Shown here piece by piece: positions 1 to 12,914 of a stretch of DNA of 64,000 nt. Made by a program: the position numbers and the translations under genes. Under the pieces are notes generated by a model. That model made no database searches, was not told where the DNA came from, and saw nothing but the letters and a program-made list of their open reading frames with translations. Positions within the stretch are counted from its first letter, which is position 1. Each line of letters opens with the position of its first letter. The DNA comes from Callorhinchus milii. Lineage: Eukaryota. The stretch covers positions 75,022,001-75,086,000 of the forward strand of contig NW_024704742.1 of NCBI RefSeq assembly GCF_018977255.1, given 5' to 3'.

Positions 1-145
1 ATTGCACACAGCAATGTCCCACAAACAGTCGTGGATTGAAAATGACCAATTTTATTATTGTTTTTTGTTTTTTGGAGGGATTATTATTAGGCGTGTGGAG
101 TAAGGAAACTTGCCCAAGGTTTCGCCCTGCCTGGAATTGAACTCA
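1..145 (-). mobile_element. tRNA-derived SINE, short subfamily, partial
   Basis: Reverse complement of the middle of the 4212-4531 copy (gggcgaaaccttgggcaagtttccttactccacacgcctaataataat). Confidence 0.85.
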
Positions 146-548
146 CCTGACCAACAAAAATCTCCTTGTATTTTTTGCATGTCCTCTTCACAATTTGCTT
201 AGTGTCATTCACAAATCGAGAAATAGTCCATTTCTGAATCAATGATATAAAGGATACCTCACACCCTGAACCTCACATCCTGTGCCTCAAATACTAAACC
301 TCACGTATTATACCTCGCACACTATAATAATAATTAATAATAATCCTTGAACCTTATAGGTGTATAGGGATATAGCATCTCATCAGGTTGCCAAAATGTC
401 TCAAAGATCTTCACGGTATTTATTGCCACGTGGAATGACTGTATATTGACTGTGTATTTTGTAGGAAAACTCAAAAGTCAGCATCTCACATGTGCCTCAC
501 ACTCACACACCCTTTTTGCACAAATAAGAATGTTAGAATCTTTCTTAC

Positions 549-757
549 TCTTCATTAAGTGCACATCTTCGGCTAGTGAGGGCACCATGCTTCCTCAGAG
601 TTTGAGTCAGTTCCACATACAGTTTGTCAGCGAGTGTTATTGGAACTCCTTCCCACACGAGAATCAGAACGATGACCACTGCAGTGTCACAAGAATGACC
701 AGCTCTCTCCCGCACCAGGCATAGCAGCTTCTCCTCTTCACCGCTTCGACGAATGAC
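549..757 (-). CDS. tet2: TET2 exon (209 bp; human exon 6 equivalent)
   Basis: Boundaries are cttcag|...|gtaaga. It encodes [69 protein letters not shown](E), including the HxC Zn ligands and the RRC motif. Confidence 0.97.
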
Positions 758-1322
758 CTGAAGTTACCAATAAAAACAAAGGTTCAGCTATTTAAAATCA
801 GGTCCCCATTCTGAATGCTTTTAGTCTATGTATTCAAAAGTCCAACTTAATTATATTTCATTCTTTAAAAAATCCCACAAAATCTCTTCTGAAAGCATTT
901 AACTGCTTTTTCTTTCTAGTTTAGGTAAGGTTTAGCAGCCTTTGAAACCTCGCCAAAGTGGCCGTTATTCTTGCAAGAACCTTGTCAGTGAGCTTGTTAT
1001 TTGACAATATGGGGTGGGGGTTATTATTGCTAACCTCAATGCTGTCCTCCATCCGTATTCCACACACACAAGATTGGTTCAGATGAAGAAAGCCCTTCAG
1101 TTCATTTGATCTCATCCTTCCAGAACACACACCCTCCTATCACCAAATCAAGGTATATTAATAATCCTTGCATTTGATACAGCGCCCTATCACATCTTCG
1201 AGATGTCTCAAAGTGCTTCACAGAATATATTGTAAAGTGAATTGACTATATATTTTGTGGGCGAAAAAAGCTGATTCTTAAATGTGTTCAGGACTCTGGC
1301 CTCATTAAACTTTCCTGTAACC

Positions 1323-2165
1323 AGCACAATCCAGTTGGTGTCTGCCCTGAGTTTGCCTTTGCAACCCTAAACGTTGAACGTCAACAAGACCGAGGTATTC
1401 CTGATTGGCTCCTGTCAGACCCTCCACACCTCTGGTGCATCCATGGATGCACACTCCACCTTACTAAGCCAGTCCGGAACTTGAGGTCTTGTTTGACCCT
1501 CAACTATTCTTTCTAGCCCACATCCCATGCCATGACCCGCTCTGCCTTCCCCCACCTCCACAACATCACCCGGCTCTGCCACTGTCTCACACCGCAGGCC
1601 ACCAAAACCCTCGTACACGCATTCATAACATCCAGACTTGACTACGCAAACTCCTTGCTTGTCAGCCTGCCTAACTCCTCCCTCCATAAACTGCAGATCT
1701 TCCAGAACTCTGCAGCCCGTGTCTTCTCCCACACCAGGGTCTATGACCCTATCAGCCCCATCCTCGCCCGACTCCACTGGCTTCCCATCACACAGAGGAT
1801 ACAGTTCAAGATCCCGGTCCTCACCTTCAAAGCCCTACCTCTGCGACCTCCTAACTCCCTACCAAACTGCCCACTCCCTCTGTTCGGTGGGCTCCGGCCT
1901 GCTTCACATCCCCTGCCTCGCCCGCACCACCATTGGCGGGCGGGCCTTCAGCCACTCTGCCCCCACCTTCAGGAACTCTATCTGCAGTCCGTCCGCCTAG
2001 CCCCCTTCCTTGCCTTCTTCAAGACCCATCTCAATGCTCTCCGCTTCGACCGTGCCTCGATTACCCTGATTCCCCCCCCTTGCCCTCCACCCTCCCCGAC
2101 CGCGACCCCCAGCTCAGGACATCCTCCCGATGTGAAAGGCGCTATACAAATGTAATGTTGTTGTT
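1323..2165 (+). mobile_element. L2 LINE, 5'-truncated 3' end
   Basis: Encodes LVHAFITSRLDYANSLL...LARLHWLPITQRIQFK. Tail cccgatgtgaaaggcgctatacaaatgtaa is followed by (TTG)n. Confidence 0.92.
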
Positions 2166-3109
2166 GATTTTTTTCAGCTTTCCCCTTGACAAGTTCTACC
2201 CTATCCATGGACGTGCCTCCTATTTTTAACTTCCTATATTTCATATTTCTGTATGGAAAATTTGCCAGTTTTCAGCTATGTGATAATTCTCAACTGATAC
2301 TCAAGCTCTGATGCTCAAGCTACCTGTTCTGATTCCACATTTCTCCGCAAGGAACAGGAGTTTCAGTGGACACCTGAGCCACTCCACTTAATGCCTCCTC
2401 TCAATTTGACCTAGCTCACTTAATAAAAACCCTCTGCTTCCTAACCTTCAGCCAATTCTGAATCCATGTTCATGTCTTATCCTCGATACCCACTGGCCAT
2501 AGTTTGATGACTATTTCATGTGGTATTTTGTTCGGGTGGTTTAGCTACAGTGCATCATGTGGCTTTTTGGGCAACCATTTCCTCAAAAAGGTCTATGAGA
2601 CTGGTCAGATAACCTTTTCTGAACCACCTTGGCTCTCAATTACTAGATTATTTTGCAGGTTTTCAGATGCATCATGAAGACCATCTTCCTGGACTGTGCC
2701 TATGGTCACCTCCCACCTCTCTCCAGCTCGGCGTGAAGATCTGCCACTGTTAAGTGCTCCAAGATACTACCCGCATAGTTATGCTGCTATACAACTTATT
2801 GTTATTATTGGTTGGAGCTCAAACAATGTTTCCTGGATGTCATCCTTGACTGTCCAATGCTTTGGGACGTCTTCCCAGGGTGAAAAGTGCTATACAACTA
2901 TAATTTGTTATGGAGGGAGGGAAGGCATGTTCTTAGTGTCCTCGCTGGTAAAAATCTCCAGGAAGTAGTCACTTAATCGGTTTGCTTTCCTGTTTATTCT
3001 CATTTTCAACTCCATTTGAATTTCTTAGGATTTTAACATTTTCCCTGGCTACCTTCTTATTGTTACAATATTGAATGATTTGTTTGGGGTTATGTTTTGC
3101 ATTTGTTCC

Positions 3110-3530
3110 TATGTTTAGATAAACTGGGCATGTTCATACTGGAGAAGAGACAGTTGAGGGGCGATATGATTACGGTCTTTAAGATTCTGAAGGGAATAGA
3201 TAATGTAGACCATGACGAGCTGTTTTATCTTGTACTAAACAGTAAAACCAGAGGACACGGCCTACTACTGAAGGGGGTAAATTCAGAACAAATCTGCAGA
3301 AACACTGTTTCAGTGAGAGTGTGGTTAACTTACGGAACAGGTTCCCTAGGGAGACGGAGGAAGCAGAAAATGTCATTTGTTTCAAGAGCAAATTAGATAG
3401 ATTTCTGCTGGAAAATAATATCTTGGGATACAGTGTATAACTGGGACATGACATGTCAAGCGACTGCCAGGATGGTGGAAGGCGAACTAGATGGACCTTG
3501 GTCTTCTTTCGACTAGCAAATTCTTACGTT
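3110..3530 (+). mobile_element. CR1 LINE 3' fragment
   Basis: Encodes LGMFILEKRQLRGDMITVFKILKG...KTRGHGL, typical of the CR1 ORF2 C-terminus. Confidence 0.85.
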
Positions 3531-3689
3531 CTGTGTATCTTTCCGGTTCTCTCTTGGTTTCCTTAATCTCATTTTATCTCTTTCTGTACAGTTTTGTATT
3601 CAGCCCAATGGCCACTTTCTTTATAAATCTTCCTACTGGTGGCATTTGGCACGTGCAATCCTTGCATTTGCCATGACTCAGTGCCTTGC

Positions 3690-3900
3690 TGACTCACAGA
3701 CTCTGGGATGGGATACACTCTGCTCTCGAACCCATTGACATCACCAAACTGCTGGGGAGGGGCACTCAGCATGATAGACACCTCGCTGCAGCCAACCCGC
3801 GGTCTCTCCAGCTGCCCTCCAACCCGTGCTGCCGGGGTGGAACATATGCCGACGAGCTTCAGTTGCTGGGGATTCTCTACAAGTTTCTGACAACTGAGGA
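3690..3900 (+). mobile_element. Possible ancient LINE endonuclease-domain relic
   Basis: GYTLLSNPLTSPNCWGGALSMI and LLGILYK resemble the GY...RGGGVA.I and ..YRPP motifs of L2/CR1 APE domains. The match is weak. Confidence 0.3.
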
Positions 3901-4038
3901 GAAGGCGTTTGACTTAGCCCAGAGCTGGTAAATCTCCACACAGCAAACACCGCTCCTCAACCTTCCTTCTTCATCTTCCTATTGATCCATTTCGCTGTAT
4001 GTTTTTGTTTATTTTGCCCCTGCTGCACTTTGCTATTT

Positions 4039-4704
4039 ACAACAACAACAACAACAAGATTCCATTTATAGAGCGGCTTTCACGTCGGGAGGACGTCCCA
4101 AGGCGCTGTACAGTTGGGTCAGGACCCGAGCAGTGGGGAAATGGTCAGGGTGAGGGAAGGGAGGGAGCGAGGAGTGAGTAGAGAGTCGAGAGGGGAGCTG
4201 AAGGTTCCCTTGGAGTCCTGTAGCTCAGTGGTTAGAGCACTCGCTTTGCAAGCGAGAGACCTGAGTTCAATTCCAGACAGGGCGAAACCTTGGGCAAGTT
4301 TCCTTACTCCACACGCCTAATAATAATCCCTCCAAAACCAAAAACAATAATAAATTGGTCATTTTCAATCTACGACTGTTTGTGGGACATTGCTGTGCGC
4401 AATTGGCTGCCGCGTTTGCCCACAAAAAATACAGTCAATTCACTTTACAGTGTTCTGTGAAGCGCTTTGGGACGTCCTCCCGACGTGAAAAGCACTATAT
4501 CAAATGCAAGGATTATTATTATTATTATTAATATAAAAGGCACAGTCAAAGAGAAAGGTCTTGAGACCGGCCTTGAAGGAGGAAAGGGAGGAAGCGGCGA
4601 AGGCACTGGGGGATAGAGTTCCAGAGCCTCGGGGCTGAGAGGCTGAAGGCCCGGCCACCGATGGTAGGGCGGTTGGGGCGGGGAATGTGCAGCAGACCGG
4701 AGCC
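4039..4704 (-). mobile_element. Young L2 3' end interrupted by a SINE
   Basis: Nearly identical to the 3' ends of the L2 copies at 44566 and 61869, with a (CAA)n tail on the + strand. Confidence 0.92.
4212..4531 (+). mobile_element. Full-length tRNA-Ala(TGC)-headed SINE, short subfamily
   Basis: A box (tagctcagtgg), anticodon arm CTCGC-TTTGCAA-GCGAG, B box (gttcaattcc), L2-like tail and (TTA)n end. Confidence 0.93.
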
Positions 4705-4756
4705 TTGGGCTTGTTTTTGAAGGGTTGCACATTCCAAATGCCACTAATAGGAAGAT

Positions 4757-5117
4757 TAATAACAATCTTTGCATTTGATATAGCGCCTTATCCCATCTTG
4801 GCGAAGTCACAAAGGGTTTCACAGAATATGTTGTAAAGTGAATTGACTGTATGTTTTGTGGGTGAAACGCGGCAGCCAATTGCGCACAACAGTGTACCTC
4901 AAACAGTCGCGAATTGAGTGACCAAATTATTATTTTTGAAGGAATTATTACCCCCGGAAAAGTGATCCGCCAATTGACTAACAACCGGATGCCTACTTAA
5001 TGCTGGTAAACAGAGGCGTAAGGAGTAAGGAAACTTGCCCAACGTTTCGTCCTACTGGGAATGGAACCCAGGTCCTTACGCCTGCGAGGTGAGTGCTCTA
5101 ACCACTTAGCTACAAGA
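4757..5117 (-). mobile_element. Full-length tRNA-headed SINE, long subfamily
   Basis: Same head and tail as 4212, plus the internal ctgttta...gttgttagtcaattg...ttccggggg segment. Confidence 0.9.
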
Positions 5118-5947
5118 TATGTATTTATTCTTAATTGATTTGTCCTTCAACAATGCCTCCCAGTTTATGTTTCTTAGCACAGCCCTCAGATCCCTAGTTT
5201 GCATATGCTTAAAGTAAGTTTGGTTGTATGTTTGGGCTATTTACAAAGCCAAACTCAATGTCATTGAGCTGTGGTCATTGTCACCTGGTGGGTCAAATGA
5301 CATTGAGCATATCTACAAACATACAAAAATAGGAACAAGATGAGGCCATTCAGCCTCGAGATCTTTCTAGATCTTTTAATCCTAAACCTTGTCCTTTCGT
5401 CACATGTAATACAATGCAAACTTCCATTTATACAGCACCATTCATGTCAGGAGGACATCCCATAGCACTTAATAATCCTGGTTTGACACCTGAGCTGGGG
5501 CCTGGAGCCGAGGTGGGTGGAGAGGGGTTAAAGAGGTAGGTTTGAGACTGACGATGGAACAGGTGAGAGAGGGACAATTCAGAGGGACTCCAGAGTTCCA
5601 GTGAGTGAGGCAGATAAGCTAAATGCCTGACCTTTGCAGGATACCGACTTTTATATATATTCACATAATATTACCTTTTGTGTATATTTGTGTTGCATGG
5701 AGGAGTTTATGCCAGCCTGCCACTCATCATCGATTTTAGTAATTGTAATAGTTTTGATGTACAATTAATCTTAAGTATAAAGAATAAGCACTTTAAGGTG
5801 TGATTTATAGTCCTATTTATGCAATCATATAATGTACCTAAATCTAACTCTTTTCATATACTTTCTCTCAGCGGTTATATTCAAATGCCATGTCAAGAAA
5901 TGTTGATCTGTCACATCACAAAGCATTAGAGAAATGTAAGCACTCAC

Positions 5948-6041
5948 CCATTTTGCAATCGGACAGCCTTGAGTGCTCTTTCCCTCCTTCCCTGTATAAA
6001 TAATTTTCTCAATTCTGATGGCACTGCCCTTTTCACCAAAC
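5948..6041 (-). CDS. tet2: TET2 exon (94 bp; human exon 5 equivalent)
   Basis: Boundaries are tttttccag|...|gtgagt. It encodes (R)[31 protein letters not shown]. Not in the ORF track; read by hand. Confidence 0.97.
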
Positions 6042-6146
6042 CTGGAAAAAAAAGTTGCCCTCTAGAATAAGCAGTAGCATAAAAGAAGGATGAGCAATAC
6101 ATTTTCCCATTATAGGCAAAATATAGCCAGCCTGTCTCAAGTCATA

Positions 6147-8277
6147 AAAAACGTAAAATACTGCAAAATCCTGGAAATCTGAAACAAAAACAGAGATCCC
6201 TGGGAACACTCAGTAGATCAGGCAGCATCTATGGAGAGAGGAAAGTGGGTCAACGTTTCAGGTCCATGACCCTTCAAGGCCTTGCAGGCCCTCCGCTGCC
6301 ACCTGAAACAGTGGCCCAACCAGTCTCCATCCACCACCACCCTCCTCCGCCTGGCTGAACTTATTCTAACATTGAACAACTTCATCTTCAACTCCACCCA
6401 CTTCCTCCAAGTAAAAGATGTCGCTATGGGAACCCATATGCCTGCCTGTTTGTCAGCCACCTGGAACACTTTGTGTTCTGGGCCGACTCAGGTCCACTCC
6501 CTGACCTGTTCCTCAGATACATCGACAACTGTATTGGAGCTACTTCCTGCTCTCGCAGTGAGCTAGAAAAATTCACAAATTTCGCTTCCATCTTCTACCC
6601 CTCCATTAAATTCACTTGGTCCATCTCAGACCCTTCCCTTCCTCGACTTCACCACTTACATCTTGGGGCATAGATTATCCACGGATATCTTTTATAATCT
6701 CACCAACTCTCACAGTTACCTGGACTACAACTCCTCCCACCTCACCTCCTGCAAAGACTCCATTTCCTTTTCCCAGTTCCTCCGCCTCCGACGCATTTGC
6801 TCTGACGATGCCATCTTTAACACCAGAGCAACTCAAATGTCCTACTTTTTCCTCAGCCATTTCCATCCACCATGGTAGAATGGGCCCTCGACTGTGTCCG
6901 CCCTATTTCCCGCACCTCTGCCCTCACCCCTACCCTTCTTCCCATAACCGTAATAGGGTCCCCCTAATCCTCACCTTCCACCTCACTAGCCTCAACATCC
7001 AACGAATAATTCTCTGCCATTTCCGGCACCTCCAGCGTGTTCCAACCACCAAACATATCTTTTCCTCCCCTTCCCTCTATTCCGAAGAGACTGTTCCCTC
7101 CGTGACTCCCTGGTTCATTCCTCCATCACCATCAACACCTGCTCTCCTCCCCCCGGCACCTTCCCATGCCAGCGCAGGAGATTCAATACCTGCCCTTTCA
7201 CCTCCTCCCATACCACTGTCCAGGGCCCCAAACACAGATTTCAAGTGAGACAGTGATTTACGGTGCACTACCACCAATGTAGTTTACTGTATTTGCTGCT
7301 CATGATGTGGTCTCCTCTACACTGGGGAGACCAATGCAGATTGGGTGATTGATTCGCTGAACATCTCCGTGCTGTTCACAAGCACAACACTGAGCTTCCG
7401 GTTGCTTGCCACTCAGCACTCCCTCCTACTCGCACTCTGAACTTTCCATCCATGGTCTCATGGAGTCATGTAGCTCAGTGTTTAGAGCACTCGCATCCCA
7501 AGCGAGAGACCTGGGTTCAATTCCCAACAGGGCGAAATATTGGGCAAGTTTCTTTACTCCACACTCCTCTGTTTACCTAGCAGTAAGCAGGAACCTGGTT
7601 ATTAGCTGATTGCTGGATCCCTTTTCCGGGGGTAATAATTCCTTTAAAAAAATTATAACAATAATACATTGGTCACTTCAATCCACGACTGTTTGTGGAA
7701 CACTGCTGTGCGCAATTGGCTGCCACATTTTGCCCACAAATATACAATCACTTCACTTTACAGTATATTCTGCGAAGCACTTTGAGACATCTAGAACATG
7801 TGAAAAGTGCTATGTCAAATGCAAGGATTATTATATGCTGTTCCAATGAAGCACAGCTCAAGCTCGAGGAACAGCACCTCATCTATTTGCTAGGGACCTT
7901 ACAGTCCTCTGGCCTCAATATTGAGTTCAACCACTTCAGAACATAAGAACAGCTTCCATCTTTCCATTTCCCATAACAGCTTACCTTCTCCTTCCCCTTC
8001 TTCTGTGATCATTAACACATCATCTGAGTCCCAGACACACCTTTTCTCTCTCTGGTCTGCTTCTGCTACCCTCCTGTGTTTTGTTTCATTAACACCTCTT
8101 TAACCCATCATCCCCTGTCCTCCACCCCATTTTCTCCTTTGACTTCCTTGCCCTACCTCCCCTCTCTGTTAGTCCTTAAAACCTCTCCCTCCCAACATCC
8201 CCCAGTTCTGACAAAGAGTCATGGACCCGAAACGTTGAACCACTTTCCTTTCTCCATAGATGCTGCCTGACCTGCTC
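6147..8277 (+). mobile_element. Penelope-like retroelement (decayed RT and GIY-YIG endonuclease) with inverted 5' pseudo-LTR and 3' pseudo-LTR
   Basis: Fragments encode LLRLAELILTLNNF.FN..HFLQ...VAMGT, LFLRYIDN, YLDYNSSH...FSQFLRLRRICS, VPLILTFH, CTTTNVVYCICCS*CGLLYTGET (about 7264-7332) and EQHLIYLLGTLQSSGLN. The inner part of 6147-6275 is the reverse complement of 8213-8277. Confidence 0.9.
7462..7833 (+). mobile_element. Full-length SINE (long subfamily) nested in the Penelope-like element
   Basis: Runs from tRNA head to (TTA)n tail; Penelope coding sequence resumes afterwards (CSNEAQLKLEEQHL). Confidence 0.9.
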
Positions 8278-8289
8278 TCTCTCAAGTCA

Positions 8290-9300
8290 TGTTGTCCATT
8301 TGTAGTCGCTGGGTATCAAGGACAAAATGTGGACATGGATTGAAAATTTGCTGACGGGATTGAAGCAGAGAGTCTTTATTAGGGGAGTAAGGTCAAAATG
8401 GGGTGAGGTATTTAGCAGGGTGTCACAGGGGTCTGTACAGGGATCCCTCTTCTTTGTATATATTAATAACTGGGATTCGTAGACCCAGTGTAAGACAGTT
8501 ACATACCAAGTTGGGGGCACTGTGGAATCAAGGAAATAGCTAATAGCCCCTAAACAGAGCTTAGTAGGGTATGCACTTGGCTGATAATCATCAAATAAGG
8601 CTTAACACAGATAATTGCAATGTACTAGATATAGGATCAAAAATAGGAAACACAAGTACTCCATGGATGGGAAAGAACATGCCAAGGGGAAAGCTGAATG
8701 GTCTTGGGATGTTAGTTGACTCATCGCTCACTATGTTAAAACATAGACTTGGACCTCAAGAAATGGCAAATACGGTTTAACATAGATGAATGCAAGGTAC
8801 TACATATAGGACTCAAAATAGGAAACACAAGTACTCCAACTTGTTTCGGTACTGTTGAGCGGATAGGCAGATTGGAGATTGGATAGTAGTTAGGGAACAG
8901 GGATGGGTCAAAGGTTATGAGGGGGGAGAGGGATGAAGGAGAGACCGGGTCGAAAATGGGGAGGGAGGGATATAAAGAGCTCAGTGCGGGAGTGGGAGGA
9001 GGAGAGGGAGTTGCAGAGACAGAGATAGGGGCAGAGACAGCAAAGCGGATCCTCTCAATTTTGGACCTGAGGAAGCCCATCATCTCCTTGCATTTGGAGT
9101 TGGAGGAGAGGATGGGCGAGGGAAGGGTGAAGGAGCTGGCTTGTGGTGAGAAGAGGAGCTTCACGGTGGTCCGTGCTTCTAAAAGATAGAGGGATTAAGG
9201 GATATGGGGTAAATAGAATTAGGTTACAAGATTTGCCATGGTTTTATTAAATGGCAGGGCAGGCTTGAGGGGCCGAATAGCCTACTCCTACTCCTACGTC
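8290..9300. mobile_element. Mosaic of decayed CR1 (+) and L2 (-) fragments
   Basis: CR1 RT-like ...aagcagagagtc...tcacaggggtctgta, with a duplicated ~60-bp piece (about 8600 and 8775). 8840-9180 encodes L2-like FLRSKIERIR...YYPISNLP. A CR1 tail lies at 9180-9300. Confidence 0.7.
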
Positions 9301-9604
9301 TTATGGTCCTTGGCTTCCAGGATGATCCTGGGGTAGGCCTATTTGGCGAAGGCGAGTGGAGCGATGGGTCCAGCTAAATCTGGACTGTTAGGTTGGATTT
9401 GAGCCAGGTGTGTTTCATAGCATGTAACTATGATTTGAGGGAGTGGAGATGGCTGGTGTTACCAGGGGCATTTGCCAAAATAGGAGGCAGTGGAGGAGGT
9501 GAATGCTTTTGAGAATAATAGTGAGGGAGTTTTCAGGAGAAAGTGATGTTATGGCAGGAAGAGGGCCAGAGTGCAGAAGTTTGGATGACTCAAGCGCAGT
9601 AGAG

Positions 9605-9800
9605 AAGGATTGGGGAGAATTAGGTAAGCAGGATATGTCTCTCTGGGAAGACAGTGCTCATTCCATTCCAAACACAGAAATTGCCATGTATAGATGGGAC
9701 GAATGGAACTCTCAGGTTGTTTTGGATATGCTTAAGCATGGTGATGGGTTTCTGCATGTGTCCGCCACCTGACTGACCCAAATCAAACCCAAATTCAATA
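9605..9800 (+). repeat. Unclassified dispersed repeat, 3' part
   Basis: Aligns by eye to 26490-26680 (gcaggat..gtc.ct, ttggata...ttaagcatggtgatgggttt..gcatgtgtc). Confidence 0.8.
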
Positions 9801-12605
9801 TCACCCAATGCTTGAATGCACTGAGGTGAAGGATATACTCTTATGGTCTCTAAGCATTTCTTTATGTGGAAGGACTGGGTTTGCACTCAAGATAATGTCA
9901 GAGGAGTTTATTCTGTGATAAAGAAAGCAGTATGTAATCTGAAAGGCTTGACAACTGCTATGGACCTCAACAACAACAAAATTACATTTATAGAACACCT
10001 TTCACATCGGGAGGACGTCCCAAAGCGCTGGTCGGATGGTAAAGCATTAACAGATAAGAAACCTGGACCTGTTTTCTCACAATGTCCACAATATTGGACC
10101 AATGGTATCATAATCCACCCCCAACTCTCAGTCCTGCACTTATATCTTATAAAGGAGCACTGGCAGGTCAATGTTAAACTTGTTACTCTGTGAATATTGA
10201 GCTGCTAACAGAATATACCAAAACACAATAAAAGTTGCACGCAGCAGAAATGTTTAGAGTGAAAATGTGATGATTAGGAACAGATTATCACAATGAATCT
10301 GTAAGGAAACATCATATGTGTGTGTGCCAATACAGAATCTGACATGAGTAATGGGGAAGACCCAAGTCTATGCTAACTTTAATCTTTCATCTTCCACAAC
10401 AGGAACTTCACGGGTCATTCATGATGCCAGCATGTTATTTTAGCAGTTTGAAATATCTTGTCCCACATGGTTTTATTTCAATGTTTCCAATATTTTCTAC
10501 TCTTCCCCATACTACCCATGGTCATCCCATATCTCTCACCAATGCCCCTACACACTTAATATCTTCTGGCCTCCTTATTGGATACGTAATAACATTGGAG
10601 GATATGAGAAAAAATTAAAAGTGGGATTTTAATAAAACAAAAAGTGACATCCTGTTCTTAATTTTCTATGTTTATAAAGCCACTGAGTAACTCCCCCTTT
10701 ACAAATATCTCCTCTTTCAGTTTCTGTGTATACAGACAAGAATGAGAAATCCTGCCTCATCTACCTGCAGATGTTTAAATACAGACTGTAAGAGACGCCA
10801 ACTCAGAATAAACTTGGACCCTTAAACATACCCTTAAAATCTGCAGAATGTGGCACTGTTGCTCGGTTTACATAGGACATGTAGAAAACACCTATGGCTT
10901 CTCAACACGATATTGCTTTTTCCTAACTACTCATCGACTTGGATCAGCGTCATGATTTCCAAGCATTTATTTCAATAGCAGCACAATTAAAAACAAGTGC
11001 TGCAAATTCACTGTCTGGCATTTGGTTACATCAGACATTGTTGGCTTTCAAGGCAGAGGTTCATGATAACAATGGCCCTTTAACACCTTCAATTTCCTGT
11101 AATTAGAAAATATTTCACATGTCTATACACAAAGACCTGAAAGAGCAACTAACCAAACGCTACATTCACATTGTATTATTCCTCATTTCTAACCTATCAG
11201 AATAGTTCCCATGCCCTCTCAATTCATGGGTGATTACATGCATTAAAAGTGAGCTAATCAGTCTGAGGATACCCTGAGATAATTCCCTAGTTCTCCTCTC
11301 CCCCTCCCCCATAACATGGGAGACTACATATAAAGAGACTGTGATGACATCAATTTCACCCACCCACAAATATTAAACATTCCCAAGAACCCTTTTGATG
11401 TCCCAAGTGTGTAATGTATTATCGTGCAGTGATGCTGAACTCCATGCGGCACAATAAGATTGAGATTTGTCACGCTTGACAGGCAGACTGTTTGCCAGAC
11501 ACAGCCCAGCAGGACACCAAAATCAATCGCATTTTATGCTCATTCTCATCCTCAAACTATATTATTTTATCAAAATCCACGTGAATTTTAAGGTGTGTGT
11601 AGTACTGTTTTACAAAAAATGTCATGTTTGTTCTCTTAAAGTTAACTACTTTAAACACATTTACATTATTTCTTGCTTTTTCTTAATTTTTCAAGTTTCA
11701 CCTTTTATCTAAATTGTTGTGCTTGAGGTAAATCATGTCCGCAAAAATGTTCTGAGTTAACAATTTACACATTCATGTGTGTGAACAGGTATGAAGTGTG
11801 TGCTTTAAGAAAACAATGGGATAATACTATTGGTAATGAAAAACAAATCTATTCACATGATGTGATGGGATATTCAAAATGTTGATTAGCAAAACATCTT
11901 GAAATTTAGATCACAAGCACCTCTGTTCCCTGTTGTTTTGCCCTTCTGGAATACAATGAAACCAGCCTCAGTTAATGCCTTGAGTGGCCCATCCAGCACT
12001 GCACAGAGGCACTTTTTGGAAAATCTAACTGAGAGACAGGAATGTGAATGAGAACATGGCATTTGCCGATTAATAGATTTGAGCTCCAGTCTACGTAACC
12101 TCCAATACCTGTGGACATGGCCTATGGAGCTTGGTGTAAGATATTGACCAAATACGAAGGATAAGAGAAAATGTACATTTAAACAGGTGGTGTGACTATA
12201 AAATGTATTATTTCTTAATACATTTCTTGATTAAAAAATTATAATACTCAACTTTAATATTTGATTTTTTTAAAATTTGATATTTGCACATTTCTTAATA
12301 AGAAATTTGTTTAAGAAATACTGCAAATTAGACCCCACTGTCAAAATTGCCATATTGAGCAAGGAGAATAATTTCCTCCCTGTAGCGTGTGGAACAGAAT
12401 TTGCTGAAGGTATTCTGAAAGTTTTAGTCGTGGAAAATAAAGGCTATAATATTAACAGTGCCTCAAGAGCTTTCTTGAGCGAGAAAAAGAAAGCTGCATT
12501 ACATCCTTCATTTCTGAACTTAAGAAACAAAATTATTTTAAAGCTTCACCAGTTAACAGTATCATTTATTACTTTATGTTAGCAATTCATTTGTTTAATG
12601 TTCTA

Positions 12606-12914
<309 letters not shown>

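Noticed and set aside
4212..4285. tRNA-Ala(TGC) gene (also at 21960, 49270 and elsewhere)
   Set aside because: The cloverleaf-like heads have an imperfect T-stem and run straight into a SINE body and L2-type tail.
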